Source: Elsinoe ampelina (Eukaryota). From it: a stretch of 64,000 nucleotides of DNA. Position numbers and translations under genes: made by a program. Every line of letters begins with the position of its first letter. Positions within the stretch are counted from its first letter, which is position 1. Under the pieces are notes generated by a model. It ran no database searches. It saw nothing but the letters and a program-made list of their open reading frames with translations, and was not told the origin of the DNA. Below are positions 49,935 to 62,878 of the stretch, in pieces. The DNA is taken from NCBI GenBank assembly GCA_010093995.1, contig ML992508.1, positions 592,506 to 656,505 on the forward strand, read 5' to 3'.

Positions 49935-51380
49935 CTAAGCCCACGCCCCCACCAAGGCCATGAGCATACTCCCCAACACCACCGCCGCACTCGCCTCCAA
50001 CCTCCTCGCCCCCTTGAGCGTATCATAACTCGCCTCGGTCAAGAAATCCTCAGCCAACAACTCCACCAACCCCGCAAACAACAACAACCCACTACTAATC
50101 GCATTCATAATCCCCACCATCAACAGCCCCGTCTGACTCTCGGGGTCATACAAATTATGCACAATCAACCCAATCGCCTGCCCGATCGGCGTCGTGAGTC
50201 CATACGCAAGAGCCATCATCCATGGCTTCCATGAGCCTTTTGGGAAGGCCGTGATGGCCGCGATGCGGGAGCCGAGCGCGAGGCCTTCGAAGGTTTGGTG
50301 GAAGGAGATGGCGATGAGGAGGACTACGAAGGCGGTGCCCGTCGCGACCGAGACGGCCATGCCGATGAAGATGCTGTGGAAGAGGATGCCGGCTTCGAGG
50401 AGGAGACATTGGAGGAGGGCGCGTTGTTGTTGTTGGTATTCGCTCATTTTGGATGCAGAGGCTCGTTGCTCGCTTTGGGAGGAGGTCCGCGAGAGGGTGG
50501 AGGCGCTGTCGGAGCGGCTTGCCGGTCGTTGGTCGGGGGTTTGGTCGATGTCGTGCATTTCCATGTCGAGGCTGCTGCTGTGTGGCGCGGAGTGTTTGGC
50601 TGCTTCTGGTGAAGCTGGCTGGCTGTCTACTGGTCGGGAAGACGACGCTTGTGGCAGGTCATCGGCGGAGGTGCCAGGACCAATGTGGCGCTGGTGAAAT
50701 CTTTTCATGCTATCCCTCCTTGGCCGTGAAGGGCGTCGCTCGTCATGCCGGTGTACTGACTCGGAAGACCCGTTCTGACTGCCCTGTACTATCGTCGTGT
50801 AGTCGCTGGTATGAGTGTGTCCGGCTCCTTTTGATGCGAAGAACATTTCAATCCCCACTACTACAAACACGGACACCATGGCTATGAAGCCGGCCATGGC
50901 TGGGTAGCCCTCGTTCCAGAATGGTGAAAGACATGGGTCTGTCAAGGAGGTGAAGGCTGTGGGTAGCAAATGTACAAAGGCTGTTGCAAGCAGAACGCCA
51001 GTACCGAAATGTCTCGAGAAGAAAAGCGCTCGTCGGGGTATCGGTAGCCTAGGAAACCTCTTTGCAATTATAGGAAATGCACAAGCTGGGCTGTGTTAGC
51101 TGAGCGTAAAAAGTGGTTGGACATCAGGGTATACAGACCTCCGAAGCTCAGCCCAAGAATGAGAAAGAGAGCAAATACGTGCAGACCGAGATCATAATTC
51201 TGGACCGTACCAGAAGAACCGCATGATGGCTGTTGCGTCGTCTGCCTCTTCGTGAATTGCTCTCGAATGAATTTGTCCCTCGCTGCTATGTAGACAGGAT
51301 CTGAAATTCGTCGTCAGGAACAGCACCCGCAAAAGCCCACTGCGTCACAACTCACCACTGTCAAAGGCCGCATGGCTCAT
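49935..51380 (-). CDS. ZIP-family zinc/iron transporter; two 5' introns
   Basis: RHFGTGVLLATAFVHLLP, LLEAGILFHSIFIG, FHQTFEGLALG, TTPIGQAIG; His-containing loop. Confidence 0.92.
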
Positions 51381-52392
51381 CTTCTGTGGACCCTGAGAAT
51401 CTGGTTATTTCTCTTCAATCGCGCAGGAGTCGTGGGGACTTCGCGCATCGTCGAGCAAAGAGAAAAACGAGTGTGTAAGTTACGCGGGTAGGGGATCGGG
51501 ACGATATGAAGCAATTATTCACTGCTGAGCCCGCCCTCGTTGCTAAACATGACGGCGGTGCATGTCCGGCGATGCTTGGCGGCCTGGATTCGTTCCGGAA
51601 TCTCCCTATGCCTGCATTGACCGTCGTGGCGCCTCCGCATTTACAAGGCGAAGATCCAACCACGAGTCGAGCTCGATGATTTCTGGTCTATGCACTAGCG
51701 AACGGTTTGGCTGGACAAGGTCGAGGGCCGTTGGATATGCAGCCGCGGTATGCATGCATGGAAGAGTGGGTATCTGTTGACTTTTTCATATCTATGTAGT
51801 TGACTCTCGAGGCTCTGTTCAGGCATGTGATGCGGCGACATAGTATCCGCATAGTCAGCTCTTCCATGTTCGGACTACTTCGGGATTGCACTCATTCTCA
51901 CATACACAACTGGCTAGCAAGCTGTGTGTGGATGTGCAGCTTGCCCACGGTTCAGGACAAGCTCAGACTCGGTCCATTTGACCCCGAGCTATGAGTTCAG
52001 AGCGAACTTGCTAGGCATAAAGAGACATGTAAGGTTACGGTACCAAGATGTGCTGATGAAGTGCTAATACTGCATCATCTTTTGACGATGAGTTGGTTTG
52101 AGGACAAGGTGCCTGGCCGATTTCGCTTATAGCGGTTAGCGTCGCCGAATTTCTGCGGCTGTGGAATCTGGAGAAGGGAGAGCCCCGGGCCTACGTCACT
52201 GGGTTTGTCGAGAACTTGAATCCCTCCAGGAAAGAGGTCGTCTTGTTTGAAACCACTTGCAGCTTCAGGACGACAGGACTGAGGTATATGCAACTAGGCA
52301 GCAGATACTTGAGGACCTTGACACAGAATCCCATCAAACGATCGCCTCGATCAGCTCCCCTTCTTCATCTCGCTCGATCAAGAATTGTAAAC

Positions 52393-52896
52393 ATGTCAAC
52401 AGACGAGGACTATTCCGCTTTTCTTGATAAAGCCAACCAGGATACTGGCTCCAACGACAAGAAAGATTCCAAGTTCGCCAAAGTGGAGTCTATCAACACC
52501 GATGTCCCTGCCCACCTCAAAAAGATCGATGCGACCTACACCAGCGACAGTGACGAACCCTTCGAGCCTGTAGCGCTCAAGCACAACGGTGCAGATCTAA
52601 GCAAGAGTAAGAGACATGTGATCAGGAACATACCATCAGACTAACATGTCATAGCAAACTTTGCCAAATTAATTGGCGTCGATTCTGGCGATGTGAAACC
52701 CACGGACACCAAGCACTTTGATCCACAAGGACAATATAAGGAGGTCATCGATGCTGTATCGAAGAGCTCGGACGGAGTACACGTGGTCAAGGTCTTCGAG
52801 GTGTCGCATGGAAGTACGAGAAAGGAGTATTACCTGGTTACCATCGACAAGGAAGGGAATGTGGTTGGATTGAAGGCCAAAGCTGTTGAGAGCTGA
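52393..52896 (+). CDS. Small hypothetical protein; intron 52607-52654
   Basis: MSTDEDYSAFLDKANQD...YTSDSDEPFEPV...FDPQGQY...VVGLKAKAVES; canonical GTAAGA/CTAAC/TAG intron restores the frame. Confidence 0.8.
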
Positions 52897-54411
52897 TATG
52901 CCGGCAGGCAGGCCGGAGTTGGACGTGTTGAGTGAGGGTGCATCTCATGTAGACACATGCCACAATTGATGATGCAGTCAGAGTCAAGTACTAATAGCTG
53001 TCTTGTGAGACGAGCTGGATTGCTACCAATAGCGTTCGCGGAGGATATTGATCGTCGCCTCCAAGTGTGATAGCCGCATCCTTGAGGCCCAGTCCTGTCG
53101 ACCAGGAAGCGCGACAGGCATGTGATCCTTACGAGCAATTATTTGATCTAGCAGTGAGAAGACCTAGAGCGACAGATGATGCACGCAAGGATGTCGCAGT
53201 TATTGACCTGACGATGTTTGTTTGTGTAATGCGACCATCATGCAGGCGCGGTAAGACTTGTGGAGAATGGTGAGATGAACAGCGCGGCTGCACAATGCGT
53301 ATCGATGAGGATCGGGAAACGGGCAGATGAAGGTTGAGAATCCGCCACGATGCATGGAGTATTTGCGTTCGCCATGTGGCTCAGTGTCATGTGACAGAAA
53401 GGACTCAAATATACCTTATACTGTAACAGACCGTCTTGCACCAGATCTACCACATTGACAGACGTAATTGCGATGTACAGGCCAAGCTTTGCCCACCGAG
53501 AAATGCTGGGGGCGGCAAATTCGTGCTGAGCCTTTTTAGACAAGCAGGGTGGATCGGACAGGGATAGCAGGATAAGCAGCCGAAGCAACACGAGCTGAGG
53601 AAGGGCAAGCAGGATCTGTCATGCTTGTCAGCGAGGGCAGGCAACAGTTGACAAGACCACAACAGCCCCTGGCGTGCAGATCTTGAAGAGTCTTCCAAGG
53701 CTATGAGGGGCAAATCGTTAACATAGCATGCCATCCGATAACAATACTGCTGTATGGCGTGCCCGTGGACTCATTTCCTTCCACACTCTTGTCAGGCACC
53801 GGATCGCGGATGATGAGCGGCGCAGGAACCACAAGCAGAAGAGGCGACTCCGGGAGAAGTTTCTTGGTGGGCGATCACAGAGTCTTTCGTGTCGTTCATT
53901 GGGCAGTGCTCTTCTAGCGTGGCGGGCCCGTGCATGCTTGTTCTCTGTTCTCTCACACAATTCGTGTTGGTCCAAGTCTTCCCAAGATCCACAATCGCGC
54001 TCGCCGCAGATTGAGGTGCTGGGCCGCTTCCCCTTTCGTAACTTTACTCGCTGCTTGCTGCTGCTTGCTTTGCTCTTCTGCCATCTTCAAACGGTCGTGT
54101 CTCAGTTCGACCTCGAACATTTTCCACCACATCTACTGTTTCATTCACGCATCATTCACACAACCCGCTCGCTCTCGTCATAATTGTGCAGCATTTCCTG
54201 GTAGTTCACGCGAGCAACACTTAGCACGTCAACAGATTCGCCAACCAGGGTCTGGCCCAGCATCAACACGAATCTCGTTTTGTGAAAGCAGGCATTTCAC
54301 ATTCATCCACGCAACCCCCTCGTATTTCCGTTGTCTCACTAATACACCTTTCTTCCCCGACAAATCCACCGACGAAACACGCCAACCGCATTCCACATTC
54401 CATCTGTCAAC

Positions 54412-56500
54412 ATGTCTCTGCCGCCTGGACAAGCGCCAGGGCAGGGGCAGTCCGCTCCTCCTCACATCCGACTCAATTCCGGCAGCGGAGAGCTCATAGA
54501 TACTGATTCAACCTCTTCTGGAGAAATGGCCAATCGGTTGCCTGCATCAAGGTCTCTGACTGGCTCTCGACCACAATTGTACGGCCAGCTCGCGCCCGCA
54601 GATTCTTCCGAATTACTTCTTCCTCCAACACGGTCACGACCACGGAGATTCAGAGACGAGACTCCATCACGATCACCAAGCGCCGGCGGTATGGACTCAC
54701 GACGGACAAGTTGGAGCTCAGAATCCGCTGGTAGCAGAGACAGCCGGTACGGGCCTTTCGCGTCACCGTTCGACGACTCGCGAGCGCCATCAAGAGCAGG
54801 AAGCGACGACGAGGGCGTCAACACACAGACAGTATCGGAAAAGTACAACATTCTGCCATCAGCAGGACTCTTACTGTTTCCGGAAGACGTGGAGAAGGAT
54901 GACTATCTTCACAACCCAGATCCCAACGATAAAGAAGGCGTCATCTGTGGAGAGCTCTTTTCGAGGAGAGGTATCGTCAATGTCGGTGGTCTGGCCCTCA
55001 TCTTCCTCGGAGTTGGTATGCTCTTCATTGGCTATCCCATCCTCACTTTCGTCCGAAAGATCGTCGAGCCTGCAGGCGTCGACATTTGCGCGCATGATCC
55101 CATGTGTCTGCGCGACGACTACCCCCTGCTCAAAAATGTCCGATCCGGTCCTATCGATCCTGCGACACCAAAGTCCGCCCAGGAGAAGAAGTCGGTCAAG
55201 GGCAAAACTATGAAGCTTGTCTTTTCAGATGAGTTTGAAGATGACGGACGAACCTTCTATCCAGGCGACGACCCTTACTGGACGGGTGTCAATATCTGGT
55301 ATGGTGTAACGGCGGACATCGAATGGTACGATCCGGATGCGCTCATGACTGGCGATGGTGTGCTCAACATCAAATTCGACGCCTTCAAGAACCATGGCCT
55401 CAACTACCGCTCTGGCATGCTCCAGTCGTGGAATCAGCTCTGCTTCAAGGGAGGTTTCATGGAGGCTAGTATCTCTCTCCCAGGTCGCGGCGACACTGTC
55501 GGTTTCTGGCCTGGTTTCTGGTCGCTCGGCAACCTGGGACGGCCTGGGTATGCTGCGACTACTGATGGAACCTGGCCATACTCTTACGACGACGTTTGCG
55601 ACGCCGGTATTACAGCCAACCAGAGTGATCCCGATGGACTCAACAATCTGCCAGGAATGCGTCTTCCCGCTTGCACCTGCGATGGCGAAGATCATCCCAG
55701 TCCTGGTAAATCTCGAAGCGCTCCCGAGATTGATGCCATTGAGGCCAGTACACACTTTCTGGACCCTGGCAATGTCAATGGCGTCGGATCAGCTTCCCAA
55801 TCTTTCCAGGTAGCTCCGTTCGACAGGTACTGGAGACCCGACGCGCAGTTCCAAGAGATCTACGATACCTCCGTCACAGCACTCAACTCGTACCAGGGTG
55901 GTGTTTTCCAGCAAGCTATTTCTGCAGTGACTACACTCAACAACGACTGGTATGACGGCAACGGTTACCAGAAATACTCGTTCGAGTACGTACCCGGTGC
56001 GGATGGCTATGTCATGTTCTTCGTTGGCGACACTCCCACTTTCTACATCGATGGCAAATCTACTGGACCGAATGGAAACATCGCACACCGCGTCATTCCC
56101 GAGGAGCCCATGGCTCTGGTCAGCAATTTCGGCATGTCACCAGGTTTCTCCGCCATCAACTACACTGGTATCGAGAAGACCTTGCCCGCCACAATGCGAT
56201 TCGACTATATCCGTATCTACCAAGACGAGGATGGCGAGTTGACTTGCGATCCGAAAGGCTATCCTACCACCGACTACATCGAGAAGCATCGCAAAGTCTA
56301 TGACAACCCTAACATCACAAGATGGTAAGCTCGAACGTTTGACCGATTGCATTTCTTTGCTGACATCATTTAGGACTGATGCAGGCTTCGACTGGCCAAA
56401 GAACTCATTCGTCAACGACTGTAAGTCCAGCGCAGAGCCCGACAAGTCCATCGAGCGCCGTGGACTCTGGAATTGTCGGAATGGCCGATGCAGCGGCTGA
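54412..56500 (+). CDS. KRE6: Beta-1,6-glucan synthesis-associated GH16 protein (Kre6/Skn1); intron 56325-56373
   Basis: DDYLHNPDP, single TM, LVFSDEF, YRSGMLQSWNQLCF, APEIDAIEA catalytic motif, W|TDAGFDWPKNS. Confidence 0.93.
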
Positions 56501-57305
56501 TAGCCTCTTCTCACCTCACACCACGATATCAAATTCACGACACCTACGACGAAAAAGAATGACATAAGAGCATACATATAAACGCATCATCGTAATCACA
56601 ACCACTGTGGAACAAAATGTTCCGTATCACCACGAACACGTCGCTGTACAGAAACACCAAACCTCGTGTTCGTTTCAGCACTTTTTTTTCGAGCATTCGT
56701 TCACCTTTGGCTCGAGCATTGCGGGTAGCATAGGAATTAACGGCCACATCGGGGCGAGGGCGTCCGGATGGGATACATTTTGCCATTTGAAAGATACACG
56801 GACACATAGGAGGGAGGGAAAGGGGAGGACTGGTTTCTTCCTTTCTTTCGGAGGGGGATAATGCATACTTTGCTGGTGGCAGAACAGGTGGCAAGAGTGA
56901 GAAGCAGAGGAGATGGATCGGGTGGGGGTATCATCCATTTCGTGAGGAGCAGAGATTGCTCGATTTATGTATATATACAACCGGCTCGAATGGAGCGGCG
57001 AAAGGTCATGATTGTACAATGTCGTGGTTTTGTACACTATCTGCCATTGGCTCGTGCGTTTGCCGTGACATGTGTAGCATGCTGACTGGACTTGTTGAGC
57101 TCGTGGCAGATGACCGCCTAGTTTCTGCTGTCGCTGGTGACTCCTTTCCCTGCATGTGAGGCTCCCTTTCGGGTATGGCAAATGCTATGGGTCTCTCACT
57201 ACTAGAGCACACCCAGCTGCAGGATACCAGGCTCATGCCTCTGTCACGCAGAAGCGCTGCCGTCTCCAACGAAGTCCTTGTGTCTTTGCTCTCCAATCTC
57301 CCATC

Positions 57306-58154
57306 TCAATACGGTGTCGGCACCGGACTCAACGTCCCATCCTTGCCATACTTCGCCTCTGCGTCACTTCAGCACATCCCCTCTCCCCTTCCTTGACCAG
57401 CTGGACTCACTGAAAAAAGTATAATTCAACGTCACCTCCCCAATCCCCTTACAATTCACGTCCTCCTTGATCTCGGGATCAATGTAGAAGAAAACCGGCA
57501 TATCCACCGTCTCCCCCCTATTCAACCTCTGCTCCTCGAAGCAAAAACACTGAATCTTGCTGAAATACGGCGCCACCTGCGCCGGCGTCACGCTGTACGT
57601 CGCCACCCCGATGATGTCTTCGTCCGGCGACTGGTTCGTGGCCGTGTAGAACGCGAGTGCCGTTTCGCCGGGGAGGACGCGGACTTCGCGCTGTTGAGGG
57701 GTGAATTTCCAGGGGAGGATGTCGGAGGTGGAGCCGGCGAAGGTGATGCGGATGCGGGGGACGGTGGTGTCGGGGGTGAGGCGGGTGGCGCGGTCGGAGG
57801 GGGAGGAGGAGATGTCGTGGATGTTGATGGGTTGGCCGCCCCAGCCGGTTTGCTGGAGGGGAGAGGTTAGTGGGGGTGGAGAGGGGGAGGGCGGAGGGAA
57901 GGAAGTACTTGGCAGATTGTTTTGTAGAGGGGGACGGAGCCGTAGGAGAGGGCCACGGTGCCGAGGATGACGCTGAGGGTGTAGTAGAGGATGTTCTGGT
58001 TGCGGCGGGAGTAGACTTGGTTGAGTTGTTGCATGGAGGGAATGGCTTGGGAGCGGGGTTTAGAGGTGGTTTGCAAGCCGCGCAGGGCTGTCCGGCATGT
58101 GTAACAAGTCCATGGCCTTCTGGGAAGGCCGAGCAGTCGTGGTACTCGGTTCAT
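57306..58154 (-). CDS. COX11: Cytochrome c oxidase copper chaperone Cox11; introns 57853-57908 and 57359-57410
   Basis: SYGSVPLYKTICQ|QTGWGG, PGETALAFY, YFSKIQCFCFEEQRL, DMPVFFYIDP. Confidence 0.95.
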
Positions 58155-58353
58155 ATCTGGTAGTGTGGAAAGCAGGCATGCTAAAGTGGTCGCGGAAGTC
58201 ATGATGCGGTCCAGAAAATTTGGATGACTAAGCATTTTCGGAGTCGATGTCGGAGGAGAGCAATTCTTCCATTCTGAGACCTTCTTCATATCAAACTGGT
58301 ACACCTGTCTGCGAGGCTAGCATGGCGCAGGTAGTACCGTCAGATAACTAGTC

Positions 58354-58960
58354 ATGACTGCCGTCCAATGTGGCGTCTGCCTTGAGCAGCCCTCCAAATA
58401 CAGATGCCCTTCATGCGATATCCGCTAGTACGTCCGAAGCTCCATGGTAACATGATCCTCAGATCACTAACCATTGAGCTAGCTGCTCCATACCTTGCTA
58501 TAAGAAGCACAAGGTAGATCACGCAGCAGCTGCTGAAGGAACAAGTGCGAGCACACCGCAGCAAGATCTCGCCACCCCCAATCCATTACCTGGCACTCGA
58601 CCACGACTTCCAGGTCAAACGAGAGCCATCGACTTCACCGGATTCGAGAACGATACTGTCCTACTAGATTTGCTAAAGAAGGACCCATCCCTGCGTGTCA
58701 AGCTTCAGAGCATCTTCGGTTTCACTCTGGAGCCGCCACCCGGACAGCGAGGTGGACGAGGCGGTTTTCGAGGCCGAGGAAGGGGCTCACGATTCAACGG
58801 TCCTTCTCACAGCGGACCGTGGACTCAAGCCAAGGGCAATGCCGAAGCCTTGCAAAAGCTCAGGTCCTTTCGTGACGAGGACGAAGATGGAAGTGTCGCG
58901 GAATTTGTGCGGCTCGTCGGATTGAGGTTCGGAGATGGCAGCCGAGAACAAGGCACTTGA
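58354..58960 (+). CDS. HIT-type zinc finger protein (Hit1/ZNHIT3-like); intron 58428-58482
   Basis: CGVC...KYRCPSCDIRY|CSIPCYKKHK; RGG-rich C-terminal part. Confidence 0.85.
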
Positions 58961-60513
58961 ATGCTGGTCTGCTCTGTACGTTCTTACCTTCCTTGCCTTG
59001 AACTCACTGCGATCTCTTCGAGTGGAAGGAGCCTCAGTGGTCAGCTCGGAAGTACCAGCTCGATTAACGGCACCAGTCCAGTTTTTCTGATACAGACAAC
59101 TTGTTTGAGATCGATTGGGCTTTCGCTGCCCACTCAATACGGCAATGGGTCAGCATCAACGCTCGCTCGCGACACTTACTGCGTAGGCAGATACCAGCGC
59201 CGAACTGTGTAAGCTCTGTCGTTCTTCAACTCACTGCCTCCAATATCGGGCGTCACTGACAAAGGACCTGAGCAATAGACTCATAACAGACCCGTGGTGA
59301 TTGTCATGGTGAGAAACCGCGCCTTGACGCCAAAGTAGCTAGGCGGCAATGAGGAATGAATATCCGGAAGATGGAGGAACCCCTTGCTTGATCTCTATCC
59401 ATGTTGTGCTCTGTTGTCCATGCCTTCGTCACATCATCCCTTGCCGACGGTCAACTCTGAACGGATTGTACAAGAACAAAGCATCAGGTTTTGTATGCTC
59501 CGATGTTTCCTTCTCGGCTTCTCTACAACATCTTACAGATCTCTTTCTTCTGCATCCAAGCGCGAACCCTCTTGGCATACCATGGGCAGAACACGATCGA
59601 ACCTCGCGTTCCGGCCGTCAAAAGTACGTCGACCCTTGTCGCTCGTCCTCATGCTGTCGCCAAAGCTGCGTAAGCGCAAATATATCCTGACTTGAATCGG
59701 AAGAGCTGGGGCCGTAGGTTCAATTGGTGATCTCGAGATGTCAGGGAGTGGGACTTCGGAAGTCAGGGTCGGATTACTGGCCACAGCTATCGGAAAGATG
59801 ATAGTCTGGCATTCGATGGCCAAAAAGTTCGACGCGACATGGTGTGAGGTATATTGAGGTTCGGTCCACATTTGTGCTGCCGGCTTTGTTGCTTGAACCT
59901 GATCGATGGCGATTGGACGCGCTTTTCATCGACAGCAGGAGTCCCCGGAACGTGAAGCAGAAGGTGCATTTGCGTTTCCAGCATGTCATGCGCGCATAAG
60001 GACCTACTTCTCTGGTTTTTACAATCTCATCGAACAGCTCCCTGCCAGCTGGTCGCCCTGGCGCGAGAGGGGGTAATATGCTGACGCTAGGCCCTGGTGT
60101 CAGCAGCTAAGGAAGAGGAGAAGGATGCTTTACACGTTGGATGCTGTCATCTCATCACCATCGAAGATTGAGCCAATGGAGAAGACATTGGTGCAGCTGA
60201 CCATAGTAAGAAGGAAGAGGCAGGAGTTGTGTAGACATATCCTGGCCTCTTCCAGAAGTTTGACACCTCGTCGGGCACACTCCAAATAGAGAGAGGTTTG
60301 CAGGACAACAGAGGAGCGACATCAAAGCTTGGCACGCCACGGTCGCTGGCTTCGCACCAATTCTTCACAAATCGCCGCCACCAACTTCGACATCATCCTC
60401 TTCCACATCTGATCGCCTACCAACCACACAAGGATATTCGCAGCAGCGAGGCGCGTCCAGTAAGTGTTAGGGACGACGATTTCGGTGCCCCAGTAGCTGA
60501 CCAGGCTGTAGTG

Positions 60514-61654
60514 ATGAGCTCTGTCAATCCTTCGTCCTGGGTCATCCCCGTCGATTTCTTCGAATTACTCATACGAACCACCGCGTACATTCCTCTTCTT
60601 CGCGCTTGGCCTACAGCCCGAGTCTGCTTGGTGCGAAAAGGCCTATCTCCGGAGCTCATCGCCATGATCGAGAAAGAAGGCATGGCCTCGGAGCTCTGTC
60701 GCAATTTCTGGGAGAAGACTACTTCCTGCTATCGCGGCGTTTGCAAGGTCGAGCATCATTCAGAAATCATGACATCGCTGGAACCAGAAACACCGATCGA
60801 TATCCTCTTCTCAGGCGGAGCTCTAGATCCACGCATGGTACGAAACGATGTTGCATCTTCCGTGCCAGGCCCGCCCGGACAAGCAGAGATCAAGGAAAGG
60901 CAACTCATCATCACGCGCCACAATCAGCAGAGGGACCGAACTTTTCGTGAAGTGGCCGCGACATCGGGCCACACTCAGGTGCATGATGCGATCACAAAGG
61001 TTCTGTCTATAGCGTGGACGCGAAAACGAGGACTTCTCTAATGCTTAGCAGGTGCTTCGATGTCGCTTTGGGCTTGATATGATCGTCATTAACTCACAAA
61101 TGGACCCGATTCTCTACAACTACTTTCTCGGTAGCCCCCCGACCAGCTGGGGACCCAACGCAGTGTCCTTTCCGTACTACCCCATCTGCTTCTTGAGCAA
61201 TCGTCCGCACCCGAACGGCTACATACCTACTTCAGTGGCCAGATCATTTCCACAAGGTGGTCCCCTGGTACCATGTCCTGACAACATCCGTGGCCGATTT
61301 GAGCTGGCAATGAAAGAATTGGGACTGAAAATTTGGATTCATCCAGCATTGGTCACAGGCAACTACAAACCATGGGATCATCAACCTGCCGGTCTGCTGG
61401 CCTTTCCTCGCATCCCGACGTTTGCTATGTTGAGGCATGTGCTCCCGGTGCCACAATGGTACAAGGATCACGTCAAAAGTCAGTGTGAGGACATTCACAA
61501 GAAGATAAAGGAGAGAACCGAGCGTGAGTGGAAGAAACTTCACAAAACGTTCCAAGGCTTATGTTGTTCCAGATCTCGAAAAGGCGCCGTTGCCCTGGGC
61601 GGTGTTGTGGTAGTAAGGTCAGGATGGAAACTACCAGAGGGCTTGTCGAGATAG
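60514..61654 (+). CDS. Hypothetical protein; probable intron 61000-61051; 5' end uncertain
   Basis: The 247-aa and 200-aa ORFs join in frame via GTTCTG...CTAAT...CAG. A further intron-like segment lies at 60460-60511. No recognisable domain. Confidence 0.45.
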
Positions 61655-61882
61655 AGTTAGCACAGAATGTGGGTGCCACATTCTGGTAGTACAGCCAAGG
61701 GAAATACTACCAGGTCATGTTGAGATAGAGTTAGCCCACAACATGGGTGCCCTATTCTGGTAGTACGGCCCAGGAAAATACTACCAGATAGGCTCTCCTA
61801 GGACACAGCAGTGGTAGCAGAGAGGAAGGAGCCTGGTAGTAGGTAAAGGATAATACTACCAGATCTGGGGGTTCTGGTAGTA
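61607..61882. repeat. Periodic array of CTGGTAGTA-N12/13-TACTACCAG inverted repeats (~75-bp period)
   Basis: Units at 61607-61637, 61683-61713, 61757-61787 and 61833-61862, plus a half-site at 61874-61882. Confidence 0.9.
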
Positions 61883-61915
61883 TTTCGCCTCTCATTCTGT
61901 GTACAATAATCTTTC

Positions 61916-62878
61916 CTACACTTTGTCGGTCTCCAAGGTGACGACCGTCTGCTTCACGATCACTCCGTCCTTCTCCTCCTCAAACATCGTCCTCTGCTGC
62001 CCCGTCACCCTTGCCGTCCCCGTCTGCGGCCCAGTCGCACCATACCCATAGCTCGTCTTCCCCTTCCTCTTGAACAGATTCACACTCCCATAGAGTACCG
62101 GAGCGTTCGCCACCGCTGTCGCCATCAACAGCTGAATACTCCCCCAGAACGACCTTGTAGGCTGCAAACTCCCTTGCACAAAGATATACCCAAGCCTCAA
62201 ACAAGTGACAATGATACAAAACAGCCCCAGCGAGATGAGCCCACCAATCCGCATCTTCTGCCTCACACTGCTCCCTTGAATGAACAGCAGCGGCACCGAG
62301 ATAAGCATGAGCACCACATCAACAACGATGTTGCTCACGCACTGGATGACGGTCTGATAGTAGGCCTTGACGCACGTCCCCGGAGAAGGCTGGATCTGCC
62401 ACCACAGCGAGAAAGGCCGACACTCGAGGAACGTCGCCGCCACGACAGCGATGTAGGACACGGCCATGAAGATCCAGCTCGCGGTGATGGCGTGCTTCAT
62501 CCATGGCAAGTGAGCGATGAAGCGGCGGTACAAGAGCAGGAGGACGAGGTTCATAGACCAGAGGACGGAGGTGAGGAGGATCCGTGTTGTGAGGGAGAGG
62601 ATGGAGCCGATGCGGACGTGGGCGAGGTTGGTGGTCTCGAGGATTTTGGGGTTGAGTTTCAGTTTGGCGGCGATGTCGCTGGCTGTGCCGTATTGTAAGA
62701 CGTAGTGCGTGATGGGGATGCGGGCGGTGACGCAGCAGAGGGCGAAGAGGCAGATGAAGAAGGAGAGGTCCATGGGTTTTTGTTGGAGTTTGGAGAGGGA
62801 CAGACGGGTCATGAGGATGAGGAGGGTGAGGGCGCTGCAGATGTTGTTGGCGTTGGTGGAGTCGGTGGAGGAGATCAT
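61916..62878 (-). CDS. PTH11-like (fungal rhodopsin-domain) seven-TM integral membrane protein
   Basis: Seven hydrophobic segments; FLECRPFSLWWQ...C; SNIVVDVVLMLISVP; IIVTCLRL. Confidence 0.85.
   Translation of the reverse strand: MISSTDSTNANNICSALTLLILMTRLSLSKLQQKPMDLSFFICLFALCCVTARIPITHYVLQYGTASDIAAKLKLNPKILETTNLAHVRIGSILSLTTRILLTSVLWSMNLVLLLLYRRFIAHLPWMKHAITASWIFMAVSYIAVVAATFLECRPFSLWWQIQPSPGTCVKAYYQTVIQCVSNIVVDVVLMLISVPLLFIQGSSVRQKMRIGGLISLGLFCIIVTCLRLGYIFVQGSLQPTRSFWGSIQLLMATAVANAPVLYGSVNLFKRKGKTSYGYGATGPQTGTARVTGQQRTMFEEEKDGVIVKQTVVTLETDKV

Noticed and set aside
51713..52110. Two GGACAAGGT words as ZafA/Zap1-type zinc-response elements upstream of the ZIP gene
   Set aside because: Only the CAAGGT core matches and the flanks do not fit well, so they cannot be told from chance without conservation data.
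61607..61882. CRISPR array
   Set aside because: Eukaryotic context with no cas genes. The repeat loops vary and two spacers are homologous to each other.
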